This document shows, piece after piece, positions 6,025-15,888 of a stretch of DNA of 33,822 nucleotides. Every line of letters begins with the position of its first letter. Position 1 is the stretch's first letter. Position numbers and translations under genes: made by a program. This stretch comes from a virus. Its lineage: Duplodnaviria > Caudoviricetes. A model generated the notes under the pieces. It made no database searches. It was given only the letters and a program-made list of their open reading frames with translations, and was not told the DNA's origin. Location: the IMG/VR virus record IMGVR_UViG_3300033067_001398, positions 1 to 33,822 of that record; one strand, 5' to 3'.

Positions 6025-8065
6025 GATAGGCGCTCCCGATCGCTAACTGTGTTGTCTGAGCGTTGAAATCATGGATGATCGCCGTAATAACCGGGAATGA
6101 TGGTTGATTTGGCAATCGATTAAGCTCTGTTTCCCCAACCTTGGCAAGTTTCTGCCCGAGGTAAACCTGTGGCGCGTAGTCGCAACCGTGAAGCCTAATC
6201 GTTCCGTTGATCGCAGGGTATTTGAACGAGTCCCAAAATCGAACCAAATAATTGTCGATCGCGTCAAGCATTTCCTGCTTTGTCGAAAACGTTTCGGAGG
6301 ATTCGAGCGAAATTGCTGTCGCCCCGTCGGTGGCCGGATCTAGTTTTTTCCGTTTCGGAAACTGATCGTTGTCGGAATGCTGGTTGACGGGGATTCTATC
6401 AGGGATCGAAACAACTAGGATTCTTGTCGCCCCGTTTCCTAGCCACGCTGCGGAATTGAAAATGTGCTGGCCTGTGGCGCGAGTTGTTGTCAATCGCAGC
6501 TCAACTAAACCGGTTTGTCCATCGACGTTTATCCCGCTTTGTTTAAACAGTGCCGGGAACACCCGCCCAACAAATCGAACGTACCCTTCGTCTTTGTCGA
6601 CTTCCAGATGTGCGGCATCGCCTAGCCCTGGATCCGCACCCGATTTTAGTATTGACTTCCAAGGCCCCCAATCCGACGTTTCATCGGTTTTAGTTCGAAA
6701 TTCAACATGGCAGCCGCGTATTTCTCCGAACGGTTGTGAACCGCCAAGCAGTGGAGCGTAGGTAAGCATTGGCAGGTATGGCCGGCGACACATATTTGTT
6801 GAAACACCACCGCCGCCGTATTCATTCCAAAAATCAAAAACTTCACCGTTTCTGGTGAACTTGATTTTCGGAACGTTTTCTGTTTTCGTGGACAACTTAT
6901 CGCCATAGATAGGCGTGTTTCCGTATTGCTGCCACTGCTTACTGTTGAACCCGTGTGTAAATCGGCGGTAGACATCGCGTAATGCCGGGTTTGCTTCCAT
7001 CGCTGGGCTGTCCCAGATAAAATCCGCCATCGAAGCCGATTCTAATGTTTTGTCCCATGCCGGGTACAATGTTAGCGTTTCCTGCAAATGGATCTCGCCG
7101 CCAATCACGACCACGTTATCAACGCATTCATCGGCGGTATCGATCCGCAAATCAAATTCGGGGGCCAGGTTCTTCGCATCATCAAAATACGTTCCGCCTC
7201 GAGCCCCGCGGTAGCCAGGCGTAACACTGACCGTTCCGTAACTTCCAAAACCAGCCTTTTCGACAACACGAAATACCCGAGTCGTTCGCGTTAGATAGTC
7301 AAGCCTCCACGTGAAACCGTATGGCTCAAGCAAAATATCAAGAGCCTCCGGAAAGTATGTGCCAGCTCGAATGCTTGTGTTGTTCAAAACAACATGCGGC
7401 AAATTGTTCTTGAGATAGCCAGTTGTCATCTGGCGCACGTGCTTGCCAGATAATAGATACTGTTGCAAGTACAGAATTGCGTCAATCAGCGTCCACGAAT
7501 TCAACTGTCGCTTGCTTCCGGTGATGTCGGCTAAATCCTCCGAGGTCGCAAACGACGGCGGCAAATAAATCAGCGTTGATCCGGATGTTGACTTGTTGTA
7601 GAAAATCCGATTGTCAACAACTGGATTGAATGTAACGCCATCGGGCAATCTGACTCTTGGAATGTATCTAACGAATTCGGTGTAGTAGAGCGGCCGCCCG
7701 TACAAATGGTCATCAAACCGGCTGGTATAAATAACGACTTCGCCGCGTGATGTTTGCTGGACAGAACCGCCAACAATTTCGCCGTGGTGAATAAACCTGA
7801 TCCGCCCGTTGCGTTCTTTTGTGGCGATGTCGACTACATCGCGTGAAATCAATCGATCGCCGAATCCTGGCTTGGCAAACCGATTGATAATTGAACCGCC
7901 TTGCGCCTGATAAGTGGTATCGTTTCCAAGAGTTCGAATCTCAAACTCTGCGGTATTTGCTCTGCGCCCGCCGCAATAGTTCGTAACACTGTGAACGTGG
8001 GCATTGCGCTGTTCAACACCGTTTATAAAAACTCTGGTTGTTGTCGAATCTCGCTGGATTCCCAT
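6017..8065 (-). CDS. Baseplate hub / Tal-like tail protein
   Basis: 682 aa; synteny TMP-Dit-hub; 'EALDILLEPYGFTWRLD' and 'NVVVIGG' hub-like segments. Confidence 0.55.
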   Translation of the reverse strand: MGIQRDSTTTRVFINGVEQRNAHVHSVTNYCGGRRANTAEFEIRTLGNDTTYQAQGGSIINRFAKPGFGDRLISRDVVDIATKERNGRIRFIHHGEIVGGSVQQTSRGEVVIYTSRFDDHLYGRPLYYTEFVRYIPRVRLPDGVTFNPVVDNRIFYNKSTSGSTLIYLPPSFATSEDLADITGSKRQLNSWTLIDAILYLQQYLLSGKHVRQMTTGYLKNNLPHVVLNNTSIRAGTYFPEALDILLEPYGFTWRLDYLTRTTRVFRVVEKAGFGSYGTVSVTPGYRGARGGTYFDDAKNLAPEFDLRIDTADECVDNVVVIGGEIHLQETLTLYPAWDKTLESASMADFIWDSPAMEANPALRDVYRRFTHGFNSKQWQQYGNTPIYGDKLSTKTENVPKIKFTRNGEVFDFWNEYGGGGVSTNMCRRPYLPMLTYAPLLGGSQPFGEIRGCHVEFRTKTDETSDWGPWKSILKSGADPGLGDAAHLEVDKDEGYVRFVGRVFPALFKQSGINVDGQTGLVELRLTTTRATGQHIFNSAAWLGNGATRILVVSIPDRIPVNQHSDNDQFPKRKKLDPATDGATAISLESSETFSTKQEMLDAIDNYLVRFWDSFKYPAINGTIRLHGCDYAPQVYLGQKLAKVGETELNRLPNQPSFPVITAIIHDFNAQTTQLAIGSAYHA

Positions 8066-8511
8066 TATCTTAACCGCAATTGGTAGAAGTGCATTTCACC
8101 TTGAATGTGCCACGCCCCATAGTTCGAACCATGAACGCCAATCGCTGGTATAGGTTCGGCAACCTCCCGCCCATTGAACGCGGTTCGGTGGAATCCCATA
8201 AATCGGACATTTTCACGAATGATTGTGCCGCCCGTGGCCAGCGTACTTGTGATCGATAGTTTTCCGAAATCGCCTGACATCATATCAAGCGTTTTCATGT
8301 ACGAATCAAGTGCTGTCAAACTCGAAAAGCTTGCGTCGTGAATCCAGCATTGCACCCGCATGGCTCGGCCGGCCTGTCCGCCGAACACTTCCACTAGCCC
8401 TCGCTGGCTCCAAGAAAAGAATTGTCGGATCGCTAGGTCCGGTGGCATTTCCTCGAGCAACGTATGCTCATTGCCACATTTGATCGTTTTTCCGTTAAAT
8501 GTTAGCGCCAT
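8065..8511 (-). CDS. Distal tail (Dit-like) protein
   Basis: 148 aa, MALTFNG start, directly after TMP with TAATG coupling. Confidence 0.55.
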   Translation of the reverse strand: MALTFNGKTIKCGNEHTLLEEMPPDLAIRQFFSWSQRGLVEVFGGQAGRAMRVQCWIHDASFSSLTALDSYMKTLDMMSGDFGKLSITSTLATGGTIIRENVRFMGFHRTAFNGREVAEPIPAIGVHGSNYGAWHIQGEMHFYQLRLR

Positions 8512-10334
8512 TACTGCCCGCCTCCGTTTAGTTGTGCGGCCGCTGGCTGCCGTGGCTGCGCCGGTGGTTGGTTGGCTACCTTAACCTCGGGTTGATTGAT
8601 AACTTCCACTTTTTGCGGTTGATTTTTGGAGTCCTCGAGCTTTTTCATTAGCTCAAACAACGCGTTAATTACCTTGCTTTCTTCTTGCGTGAAACCGTAC
8701 TTTCTCGCCTCCGTCGAATCAATTTGCGAGTCTGCGAAAATATCGCCGATATTTGATTCGTTAACACCTTTCGTCAGGTATTCGCCGCCGCCTGGGGTTC
8801 TAAACTTGCGAACTCCGTGGAACGCTTTGTTCCTGGCCGCTTGCTCCATTCGCCATCGCAAACGATCGTTGACGGATGCTTCGTCGGTGCTGTTGAAAAA
8901 GTAGTCGCCAGTTCGATAAATCAAACGCTGAGTTGCGCTAACCCCCGAATCGCGTAGCAATTCGTCCGCCTGCGAAAACAATTCCGCCATCGCGGTTGAT
9001 TCTTTGTTGATTCGAACGTTTTCCGTCGTCGTTTTAAGGTTCCGATCAAGCTGGAAATCCTTAAACATTGGATTATCTGCCAGTCTTGATTGCTGTGTTT
9101 TCCAGTCGTCCGTTTGCTTTTGATACGTCGCCGCTTCATCAATCGTGCCGTCTGGCCTGCGAACAATGCCAATTTCATCATAGGCAGTTTTGAGTAGGTT
9201 TTTCATTCCCATTTCATCTTCTGCCGTTCCCTTTGCTTGAAACAATCCCATCGCAGAATAGATTGTTTTCATGCGGGAGCCTGGCAAGTTTGCCGCCAAC
9301 TTTTTGTTCATCTGTGCATCTGACAGCATGGCGCGCTCTTCGTCAGTCATTTGAAATTCTTCTGAAAACGCGCCTAAAATGAAATCTCGAATTTCTTTTG
9401 CTTTTGGGTTTTCACTTTGAATGAACTCTAACGCCTTGTCGAAGTCTTGCGGAATTCCAGCGCCAAACCGTTGTCGCGCTTTCATTATTCCAGTGAGGAT
9501 CGAATAAGCTGCTGTCGGTGCAAGCTCACCTGTCGGATCCTGCGCTCCTGTGGTTAACGCGTTCATCAAGGCCAAACCTTGAATTTGATTAAGCCCAAAG
9601 TCGGTATTGAGTTTTGGAACTTGGCCCATCACGTTTTCTGCGTACAACCGCGGATCGCTCACGCGGGCGCTGGTTAGGCCCTTAAAAAACATCTGCTGTT
9701 GCGATTCAGCGGTTGCACCACGCCCGCCAAATGTGTGCATTCCCAAAACTGCCTGCTGTCCGAGCGCGTCAAGTGCCGTCGGATCTCGCATCGCTAGTTC
9801 TGGGTTGTCCTCTGCAATCTGGACGGCAACTTTTACGCGTTCAAGGTACGGCATTCCGGAAACCGCCGACGCCGCGCCTTTGGCCATACGGGTTAGTTGT
9901 GCTTTGTCGCCAAAGTTTGAGTCCTTCAAAATCCGTTCAAGTTCCTTGCTTACCGAAACCTGATCTTCGGTTGACGGGATCGATTTGACCATGCCAAGCA
10001 ATTCTGCTTGAAACGGAACTTGACGCCCCCGAGCTGCTTCGGCTCGATCGAGAATACTTTGAAATTCAAGCCGAACGAGTTCAACCGCGTTTTGCAAGAC
10101 TTTAATCGGTTGGTGCATCGCCCAAAGCGCAACGCCCGCCTTGGTGATGTCAGAAAACCAACCAGCAAACATATTGTTGGTTGGCCCCTGGTTGTTATCG
10201 GGCTTGTTTACTTTCTTCGCTTCCTCGCGCATCTCTTTAAGAGAGCGTTTGATATGGTTTGAGAGCATCGTCATTTGTGCGGCGGCGCTCTGTGCTGCGA
10301 TCGTAAATTGAACATCAGCGGTTGGGGTACTCAC
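8511..10334 (-). CDS. Tape measure protein
   Basis: 607 aa, Ala/Leu/Gln-rich helical character; follows the frameshifting chaperone. Confidence 0.7.
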   Translation of the reverse strand: MSTPTADVQFTIAAQSAAAQMTMLSNHIKRSLKEMREEAKKVNKPDNNQGPTNNMFAGWFSDITKAGVALWAMHQPIKVLQNAVELVRLEFQSILDRAEAARGRQVPFQAELLGMVKSIPSTEDQVSVSKELERILKDSNFGDKAQLTRMAKGAASAVSGMPYLERVKVAVQIAEDNPELAMRDPTALDALGQQAVLGMHTFGGRGATAESQQQMFFKGLTSARVSDPRLYAENVMGQVPKLNTDFGLNQIQGLALMNALTTGAQDPTGELAPTAAYSILTGIMKARQRFGAGIPQDFDKALEFIQSENPKAKEIRDFILGAFSEEFQMTDEERAMLSDAQMNKKLAANLPGSRMKTIYSAMGLFQAKGTAEDEMGMKNLLKTAYDEIGIVRRPDGTIDEAATYQKQTDDWKTQQSRLADNPMFKDFQLDRNLKTTTENVRINKESTAMAELFSQADELLRDSGVSATQRLIYRTGDYFFNSTDEASVNDRLRWRMEQAARNKAFHGVRKFRTPGGGEYLTKGVNESNIGDIFADSQIDSTEARKYGFTQEESKVINALFELMKKLEDSKNQPQKVEVINQPEVKVANQPPAQPRQPAAAQLNGGGQ

Positions 10335-10337
10335 TTG

Positions 10338-10470
10338 TTATCCTCTGCTGTGTTCCTGTATTAGAAAAAACCAATCAAACGGGGTGGGTTGGTGGTCCTG
10401 ATCTAGCCCGCTACTCCACCGAACGAATTGGAGCCAACGGGGATCAAAATTGGGTCGAGCGTTTTTTTTT
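10338..10470 (-). other. Programmed -1 frameshift site and gpGT-like extension
   Basis: CAA AAA AAA ACG; the -1 frame stays open for 41 codons (NARPNFDPRWLQF...EHSRG) and stops 3 bp before the TMP start. Confidence 0.7.
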
Positions 10471-11191
10471 GATCGGTAGCGGCGCGAATCTGATCCAATT
10501 CGCAGAACTTTAAAAACGCCAACATCGCCGAGCTTTCGTCAAATAGCCCGAGCAACATCGCTATCTCAAAGTTGATCCGGTAGTTTAGGCCAATCGCAAT
10601 GGAAATCATTTTGAGCCCGTCGGCCACCGAAACCGGAATCGCATAATTTTCAAGTTCAGCCGCTTTGGCGTCTTGAAGCATATCGATCATCGCAAATTGC
10701 TCGAGTATCCCTTTTGCCAAACTCATTCCCAAATCATAGAATTGTTGGTATTGCTCTTTGACTTGCCGTGTCACTTCGCCATTTTTGACCGTAAATTTGT
10801 GCGGAAGTTTTGAAATAGTTGGAACCGTGTAAGCAAATCCGTCCGCCATAGATACTCGATGGCCAACAATTACAACGGAGCGGGAAAGATCGGCCGGTTC
10901 TGGCTTTCTTTCGCGATCGATTCCCAGATAAAAACGTCCCGCTTTTTGGTCGTCGCCCATTTCAAGCGATGGGATCCAGTCAAATTCTGGATACATGCCA
11001 ATCCGTGGGTCACGATCGTTATTCTTCCGCCAGCTAAACACCATGCCGCTACGGCCGTTAGGGCCTCGATCGACAAAAACGCCCTCGGGGCCTGAATCGT
11101 CTGCGCGAAGCAGATCACCCAATCCAACCGTTTTCAGGTGGTCTGGGTTGCTGCCTGCGACATCTGGAATAAAGATCAAATAATGTGCCAT
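10403..11191 (-). CDS. Tail assembly chaperone (gpG-like), start MAHYLIF
   Basis: Upstream of TMP; A9 slippery run near the 3' end; ATG 1 bp after the upstream stop. Confidence 0.65.
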   Translation of the reverse strand: MAHYLIFIPDVAGSNPDHLKTVGLGDLLRADDSGPEGVFVDRGPNGRSGMVFSWRKNNDRDPRIGMYPEFDWIPSLEMGDDQKAGRFYLGIDRERKPEPADLSRSVVIVGHRVSMADGFAYTVPTISKLPHKFTVKNGEVTRQVKEQYQQFYDLGMSLAKGILEQFAMIDMLQDAKAAELENYAIPVSVADGLKMISIAIGLNYRINFEIAMLLGLFDESSAMLAFLKFCELDQIRAATDQKKTLDPILIPVGSNSFGGVAG

Positions 11192-11192
11192 G

Positions 11193-12497
11193 TTACCCGA
11201 TAAGTGAATCTGCGATTGTTTCTGATCCGCCAGTTGCGCTTGGGAGCTGCAGCGTAGGTTGTTGCCACAACCGCCAGCAAAGCGTTTGCAGCGCCCCGCG
11301 ATAATCGTTTGAAATCGTGACCGTCCATTTGTCACCGATCGCCACGTTGTCATTAGAACCGATTACGGAGACAAACGGGCCTCCGTCGTACAATTCAATC
11401 ATTTCGACACCGAAACACACCGCATCAACAAACAGAACCGCGGCATTGGACAACGGGCCAAGAACCGACATCCGGAACGAAATCGCGGTCGGCAATGGAG
11501 ACGGAATACGGAATGCGATTGCGTGTTGCACCCAAGCGCCAGTTGTTGCCGTCGTCAAATCGATTGTGGAGGCGATGATATCGCCGGATCCGTCGTAAAG
11601 ATGTAGTTTTAGGCTTCCGGCCGCAGGGTTGCTTGCAATTCGGTACGCCACGTGGCAAACGTAGTTTGTATTCGATGCAAGCCCAGCGCTCGACAAATCC
11701 TGAGAGAACACCGTTGTCCCAGATCCATTGCCCGTGATCTTGAGTGAGCTGGCCCCCAAGAACACCGTTGACGTTTCCTCAGAATGCAAAGTCCCAGTAA
11801 TCGTCCAGCTGTCAGGATCGCTTGCCGTCCAATCTTCGAAACTACCATTGGCCAAAACACCGTCGGCACTTGGGTCAATCATCGTTAGATTATTGCTCGA
11901 GCTGGATCCGTCAGGCCAGTAAACGCTCAGTTCGTTGTCGGCTAGACTTTCCTCTCCCTGGCAAATTAGCGATTCGCCTCGAGCGGTTGTATCGGTTTGG
12001 ACTTCGATAACGATATCTTCGGCATAAAGGCATTCGCGAGCGGTGCCGTCGCCGGCCGTCAACGTTGTTAAAACCTTGGCGGTACCGGAATTGCCAGAAT
12101 CGGCCGCCACGCTGGCGCTCGGTTCGTTGGCATCAACAGTTGCGCTTGCGGCAACCATTTGATCGATTAAGCGTTTAAGGGCCGCATCAACATCCATGAC
12201 AGGAAGCGGATCGTCGGCATGAACCATTTCAATTAGCGTTTGCTGGGCGGCATTTTGAATGTCGGAGTAGAACGCTTCTTGGGTTGTGACGAACGCAAAC
12301 AGCGAGTCAGGGAGAATATCGACAACGTTTCGAAGTCGATTCCCAGATCCGTCGTATTCTACCAACGCGTCATTCAACTCCTTCTGAACTTTGTCGCTTC
12401 CGGTGGTGGCCATGAACGAATCGACGATAGACAGCACGTAGCCCAGCTTGCCTATTCGCGTAAACAATCCGCCACTGCCTGAAAGTGTTACAGCCAT
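11193..12497 (-). CDS. Virion tail-associated protein with C-terminal carbohydrate-binding-like (galactose-binding fold) domain
   Basis: LANGSFEDW...W...SLKI...SQDL...Y...W....F...LFVDAV pattern typical of CBM4/9-like jelly rolls. Confidence 0.55.
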   Translation of the reverse strand: MAVTLSGSGGLFTRIGKLGYVLSIVDSFMATTGSDKVQKELNDALVEYDGSGNRLRNVVDILPDSLFAFVTTQEAFYSDIQNAAQQTLIEMVHADDPLPVMDVDAALKRLIDQMVAASATVDANEPSASVAADSGNSGTAKVLTTLTAGDGTARECLYAEDIVIEVQTDTTARGESLICQGEESLADNELSVYWPDGSSSSNNLTMIDPSADGVLANGSFEDWTASDPDSWTITGTLHSEETSTVFLGASSLKITGNGSGTTVFSQDLSSAGLASNTNYVCHVAYRIASNPAAGSLKLHLYDGSGDIIASTIDLTTATTGAWVQHAIAFRIPSPLPTAISFRMSVLGPLSNAAVLFVDAVCFGVEMIELYDGGPFVSVIGSNDNVAIGDKWTVTISNDYRGALQTLCWRLWQQPTLQLPSATGGSETIADSLIG

Positions 12498-12505
12498 TTG
12501 TCAAT

Positions 12506-12766
12506 CTACTCGCTTGGTGGTGATTCCGGTTGCCCGCTGTCCTTTTGTGCCGCGATGTCCGCACGACGTTTCTCCGCTTGAATACGTTGTTTGTCGAGGT
12601 CTTGGCAGAACTCAAGCAAATCCCCGTTTTCTTCGTCAGTGACGCGAAACGCCGCGGCAAATCCATGTGTCGTTGAGTTTAACTGGACATTGCCAGTAAC
12701 CGGATCGTGGCAGCATTGAAACTCCGCATCCGGTGGAACATGGAACGAAAACAATCTTTTGAACAT
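12506..12766 (-). CDS. Small hypothetical protein of the tail module
   Basis: 86 aa, RBS GAGG. Confidence 0.65.
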   Translation of the reverse strand: MFKRLFSFHVPPDAEFQCCHDPVTGNVQLNSTTHGFAAAFRVTDEENGDLLEFCQDLDKQRIQAEKRRADIAAQKDSGQPESPPSE

Positions 12767-12813
12767 AGACGCCTCAAATTAAAAAACAATAGTTGCTTGA
12801 CGTTTGCTATCCG

Positions 12814-13728
12814 TTAAGGAATCGCACTATTGACGGCAACTGAAAGCGCGGCGGTTGGCAGAACAACCAGCGAAACGGATCCATCGTCATTGCCAGAAAC
12901 CGACATATTATCCGTACACCATTCACCGGAGGCGGCGGAAATTTTGATATGCCCCGTCGTTGCCGCGGCAACACGGTCACTTCCGTTAACGCCAGCTTGC
13001 AAATAGCAAGCGATCGTGCCAGATAATGTCCGAGCAAACAAGCTGACGGCAACATCAATTTCGGCGGCCGTCGATGTGAACGTAATGATCGGTTGTCGCT
13101 TGATGATGCTTCCGACGGTTGGATATGGCGAACCATTGAATCCTTTACGGTCGTAGACAACGCCAAACTGAATCGACCATCGCTCGATCGACGGTACGAT
13201 TGTGCCGTTAATGTAAATCGGCCCCATGTAATACCGTGACACAAACGCCGGAGTTGTGACGGCAGAAAAATCAACGCCACCAGTTCTCGCGACGATTGCA
13301 TTTGTTCCATCGTAAAGCGGCATTGCAGCGAGGTTGACAACCGCCCCATCTGGATCGTTTTGACTGGCGCTGACATCAATCGGAACGAACGTGCCTTTGG
13401 CCACACTGTAAGTTTCGTGTGATGTTGACGTAGCAAAGGCGGTGCCGCACGTTGAACGCTCTTGAAGTCGGAAAACGCCAGATGTGAAGCAAAGAACGCT
13501 GGAAGGGCTAATGTCTGTGAACACTGTCAGCAAATCGCGCGTGGCCACATTGATAACCGGATTTGCTTGTCCGAGCCCAACATGAGCCCGATCGAGCGCA
13601 CCGCCAGGAATTATTTCACCCTTCGAATTGCCAGCGGAAAAAGCCCACGAATCCAACTGACGAAGCGTGAACGCGCTGGTGTCTGGTTTTGTTGCGCTAG
13701 CGGTGTACAACGAATAGCGATTACTCAT
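12814..13728 (-). CDS. Major tail (tube) protein, putative
   Basis: 304 aa, Ser/Thr/Ala/Val-rich; position after neck genes; RBS GGAG. Confidence 0.55.
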   Translation of the reverse strand: MSNRYSLYTASATKPDTSAFTLRQLDSWAFSAGNSKGEIIPGGALDRAHVGLGQANPVINVATRDLLTVFTDISPSSVLCFTSGVFRLQERSTCGTAFATSTSHETYSVAKGTFVPIDVSASQNDPDGAVVNLAAMPLYDGTNAIVARTGGVDFSAVTTPAFVSRYYMGPIYINGTIVPSIERWSIQFGVVYDRKGFNGSPYPTVGSIIKRQPIITFTSTAAEIDVAVSLFARTLSGTIACYLQAGVNGSDRVAAATTGHIKISAASGEWCTDNMSVSGNDDGSVSLVVLPTAALSVAVNSAIP

Positions 13729-13739
13729 TCCAATTGCTC

Positions 13740-14354
13740 CTAATAACTAATCCCGGCTGAATCAAGTGCCATTCTAATTTTTGGTCGACTTTTCAATTCA
13801 TAGCGCAATTCTGCGGCATAAAGCTCCGCAAACCGATTGACCATCGCTATTTTTTCATCTGTGCGGATCTTGCTGATTTCTTTTCCCATTTCGGCCATCG
13901 TGATATGTCTTTGATTCTGAGCATCACGACTTATCGGAAACGGGAACCGATATCTAACACGCCCTTCTAGCACATGATTTCCCTTTCCGGAAATCTGGAC
14001 TTTTGGAAACGTATTGAGCATACTTCGCCGCGTTCTACCCGATCCAACAAGCTCAACATCGTGTTTGTATTTTGCTTGCTTAATTCGATTTGTTGCGGCG
14101 GTTCTTTGTCGATATCCGTAGCGTTCCTTTGCCCCGCGTTGAAAGTGCTTTGGCAATCGGTCCCGATGGTGTTCCATCAAAACCGTTCGCAAAACATTTC
14201 GCATTATTTTCGTGTGAAGCCTTAGAAACCGCGCCGAATCGCTTAGCGGTTCTGGGGCAAACACAACAAAACCGATTTCAGGCATTTCGATCCCAAGGAA
14301 CCCGCCAGCGTTTGCAAACGCCATCGAACTCAATTGGGACGGTGAAAATACCAT
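13740..14354 (-). CDS. Neck / tail-completion protein, putative (basic)
   Basis: Arg/Lys-rich; 'LVGSGRTRRSM' motif as in Mu gpG/virion morphogenesis proteins; TAATG coupling; start uncertain. Confidence 0.55.
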   Translation of the reverse strand: MVFSPSQLSSMAFANAGGFLGIEMPEIGFVVFAPEPLSDSARFLRLHTKIMRNVLRTVLMEHHRDRLPKHFQRGAKERYGYRQRTAATNRIKQAKYKHDVELVGSGRTRRSMLNTFPKVQISGKGNHVLEGRVRYRFPFPISRDAQNQRHITMAEMGKEISKIRTDEKIAMVNRFAELYAAELRYELKSRPKIRMALDSAGISY

Positions 14355-14881
14355 TAATACAAATCCGCGTAGAATTCCATGCACCAATGATTTTTGTCGA
14401 TCGCGTTGCTTGATGTTTCAACGTCGCTGGGGTCCTCTTGAACCCCTTCGGCCGCTGGTACCAAAAACGCGTTGCCGTCGGCACGAATTCCAGAAACGGC
14501 AATTGGGTTGGTATTCATCACCGCTTGCCTGGAATCCGCCAAAACTTCGACATCAAGCATTACTGCGCTCGTCCACAAAACAAATTCTTCTTCCTGAGCG
14601 TCAATCAATGCACCCTCAGATATCGCAATCTTCGGGTATTTCCGCTCGAGAGCGATATAGATTGAACCAGTGCTTTTCCAAGATCCGATTCCGATGTTTT
14701 GCCGGCTGATTCCGTCTTGCATTCTGACGATCGCCCGCGCCAACTCAAAATCGCTTTCGCCATACGAGAAAATGTGATTCAAAGCTTCGGTTGCCGTCGC
14801 AACGTCAACGGCCGTTCGAAAGTTTGACGATGAAGCGATAAATCGTTTCATGCCTTTGTGGGGTTGCCAAATATTGGTCAT
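14354..14881 (-). CDS. Tail terminator-like neck protein, putative
   Basis: 175 aa, acidic; synteny; TAATG coupling. Confidence 0.45.
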   Translation of the reverse strand: MTNIWQPHKGMKRFIASSSNFRTAVDVATATEALNHIFSYGESDFELARAIVRMQDGISRQNIGIGSWKSTGSIYIALERKYPKIAISEGALIDAQEEEFVLWTSAVMLDVEVLADSRQAVMNTNPIAVSGIRADGNAFLVPAAEGVQEDPSDVETSSNAIDKNHWCMEFYADLY

Positions 14882-15294
14882 TAGCCTCCCCGCACTTTCT
14901 TAACCGAGACATCAACGTTTCGCGTGAACAAAACCGCTTGCATACTTGAATCAATCCCGATGGTGCGCTGAGCGGCATAAACCATGCCATCGTACTTGAC
15001 CAAATCTGGCTTCTGGCTGTCCTGAACAACCTGGATTTGAATTGGAAGCGATCGCAAAAACTCGATAATGATTGAATCGCGAATTGACCGGCCGTATGGC
15101 TTGTCATTTGACTGCCCATCGCCTCGAACTTCATTGCTACCTTGAAGCCCGTCGCGAATTACAACCGCGTCAACATCGACCGCACTTCCCCAATCGCTAG
15201 CCGGGACAAAACGAACTGTGCTGGCAGGTCCGGAATCGGAATTGCCAAACACGTTTTCGTCTGCCCAGGCTACGATATCTTCAAACTGGCCCAT
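14881..15294 (-). CDS. Head-tail joining/closure protein (lambda FII-like), putative
   Basis: 137 aa; 'F.D.....D..VFG' start and 'D.V.YDG..Y' beta-barrel pattern. Confidence 0.5.
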   Translation of the reverse strand: MGQFEDIVAWADENVFGNSDSGPASTVRFVPASDWGSAVDVDAVVIRDGLQGSNEVRGDGQSNDKPYGRSIRDSIIIEFLRSLPIQIQVVQDSQKPDLVKYDGMVYAAQRTIGIDSSMQAVLFTRNVDVSVKKVRGG

Positions 15295-15792
15295 TTACTT
15301 CCCGCGTTTCTTACCTTGCTTCGGCTCGTCGATTTCCTCAGCTTGCGGAACTTCCACTTGTTCTCCGTCGGTAACGATCGGTGTTACCAATTCCTCGCCG
15401 CTGGTGATATCCAACGGTTCGCCGCCTGCCTGATCCACTGCCCCCACTTCTGGGGTTTCGGTTTTTGTTTTTTTGACCGGAAAGCTGGCCCCAGGGGCAG
15501 TCTCCATTGGTTTTGCGTTGACAACTTCAAACACTGCTTTGGTTTCAGCGTCGTTGTAACGGTAGCGGCCGTTTTCATCGCGATCGCAAATCACCAAAAC
15601 CAAGCCAATGTCTTTGGCGAGAACTTCTCGCTCTTGGTCGTCGTACATATCGATCGGGTAATACGAACCACGAACAAACTCGAGCGTAACGCTCTTATCG
15701 CCCTTTTCGACGGTTCGCCGAAACCGGTCTTGCCCTCGGGCTCCAAGGGCGAGAAACAATTGCGGTTGTTCGTTTTTCAATTCTTCTGACAC
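15295..15792 (-). CDS. Hypothetical protein after capsid (acidic low-complexity C-terminus)
   Basis: GTG at 15792 preceded by GGGAGG; the longer ORF start overlaps the terminator. Confidence 0.65.
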   Translation of the reverse strand: MSEELKNEQPQLFLALGARGQDRFRRTVEKGDKSVTLEFVRGSYYPIDMYDDQEREVLAKDIGLVLVICDRDENGRYRYNDAETKAVFEVVNAKPMETAPGASFPVKKTKTETPEVGAVDQAGGEPLDITSGEELVTPIVTDGEQVEVPQAEEIDEPKQGKKRGK

Positions 15793-15810
15793 GCGAAAAT
15801 CCTCCCTTAA

Positions 15811-15843
15811 ACAAAAAACGCTCGCAGGCCAAACCTGCGAGCG
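15811..15843 (-). terminator. Rho-independent terminator after the major capsid gene
   Basis: CGCTCGCAGG-TTTGG-CCTGCGAGCG followed by TTTTTTGT on the minus strand. Confidence 0.8.
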
Positions 15844-15888
15844 CCTGCCGAATTTCATAAGGCAATTACACCGATAGAACCATCACCA

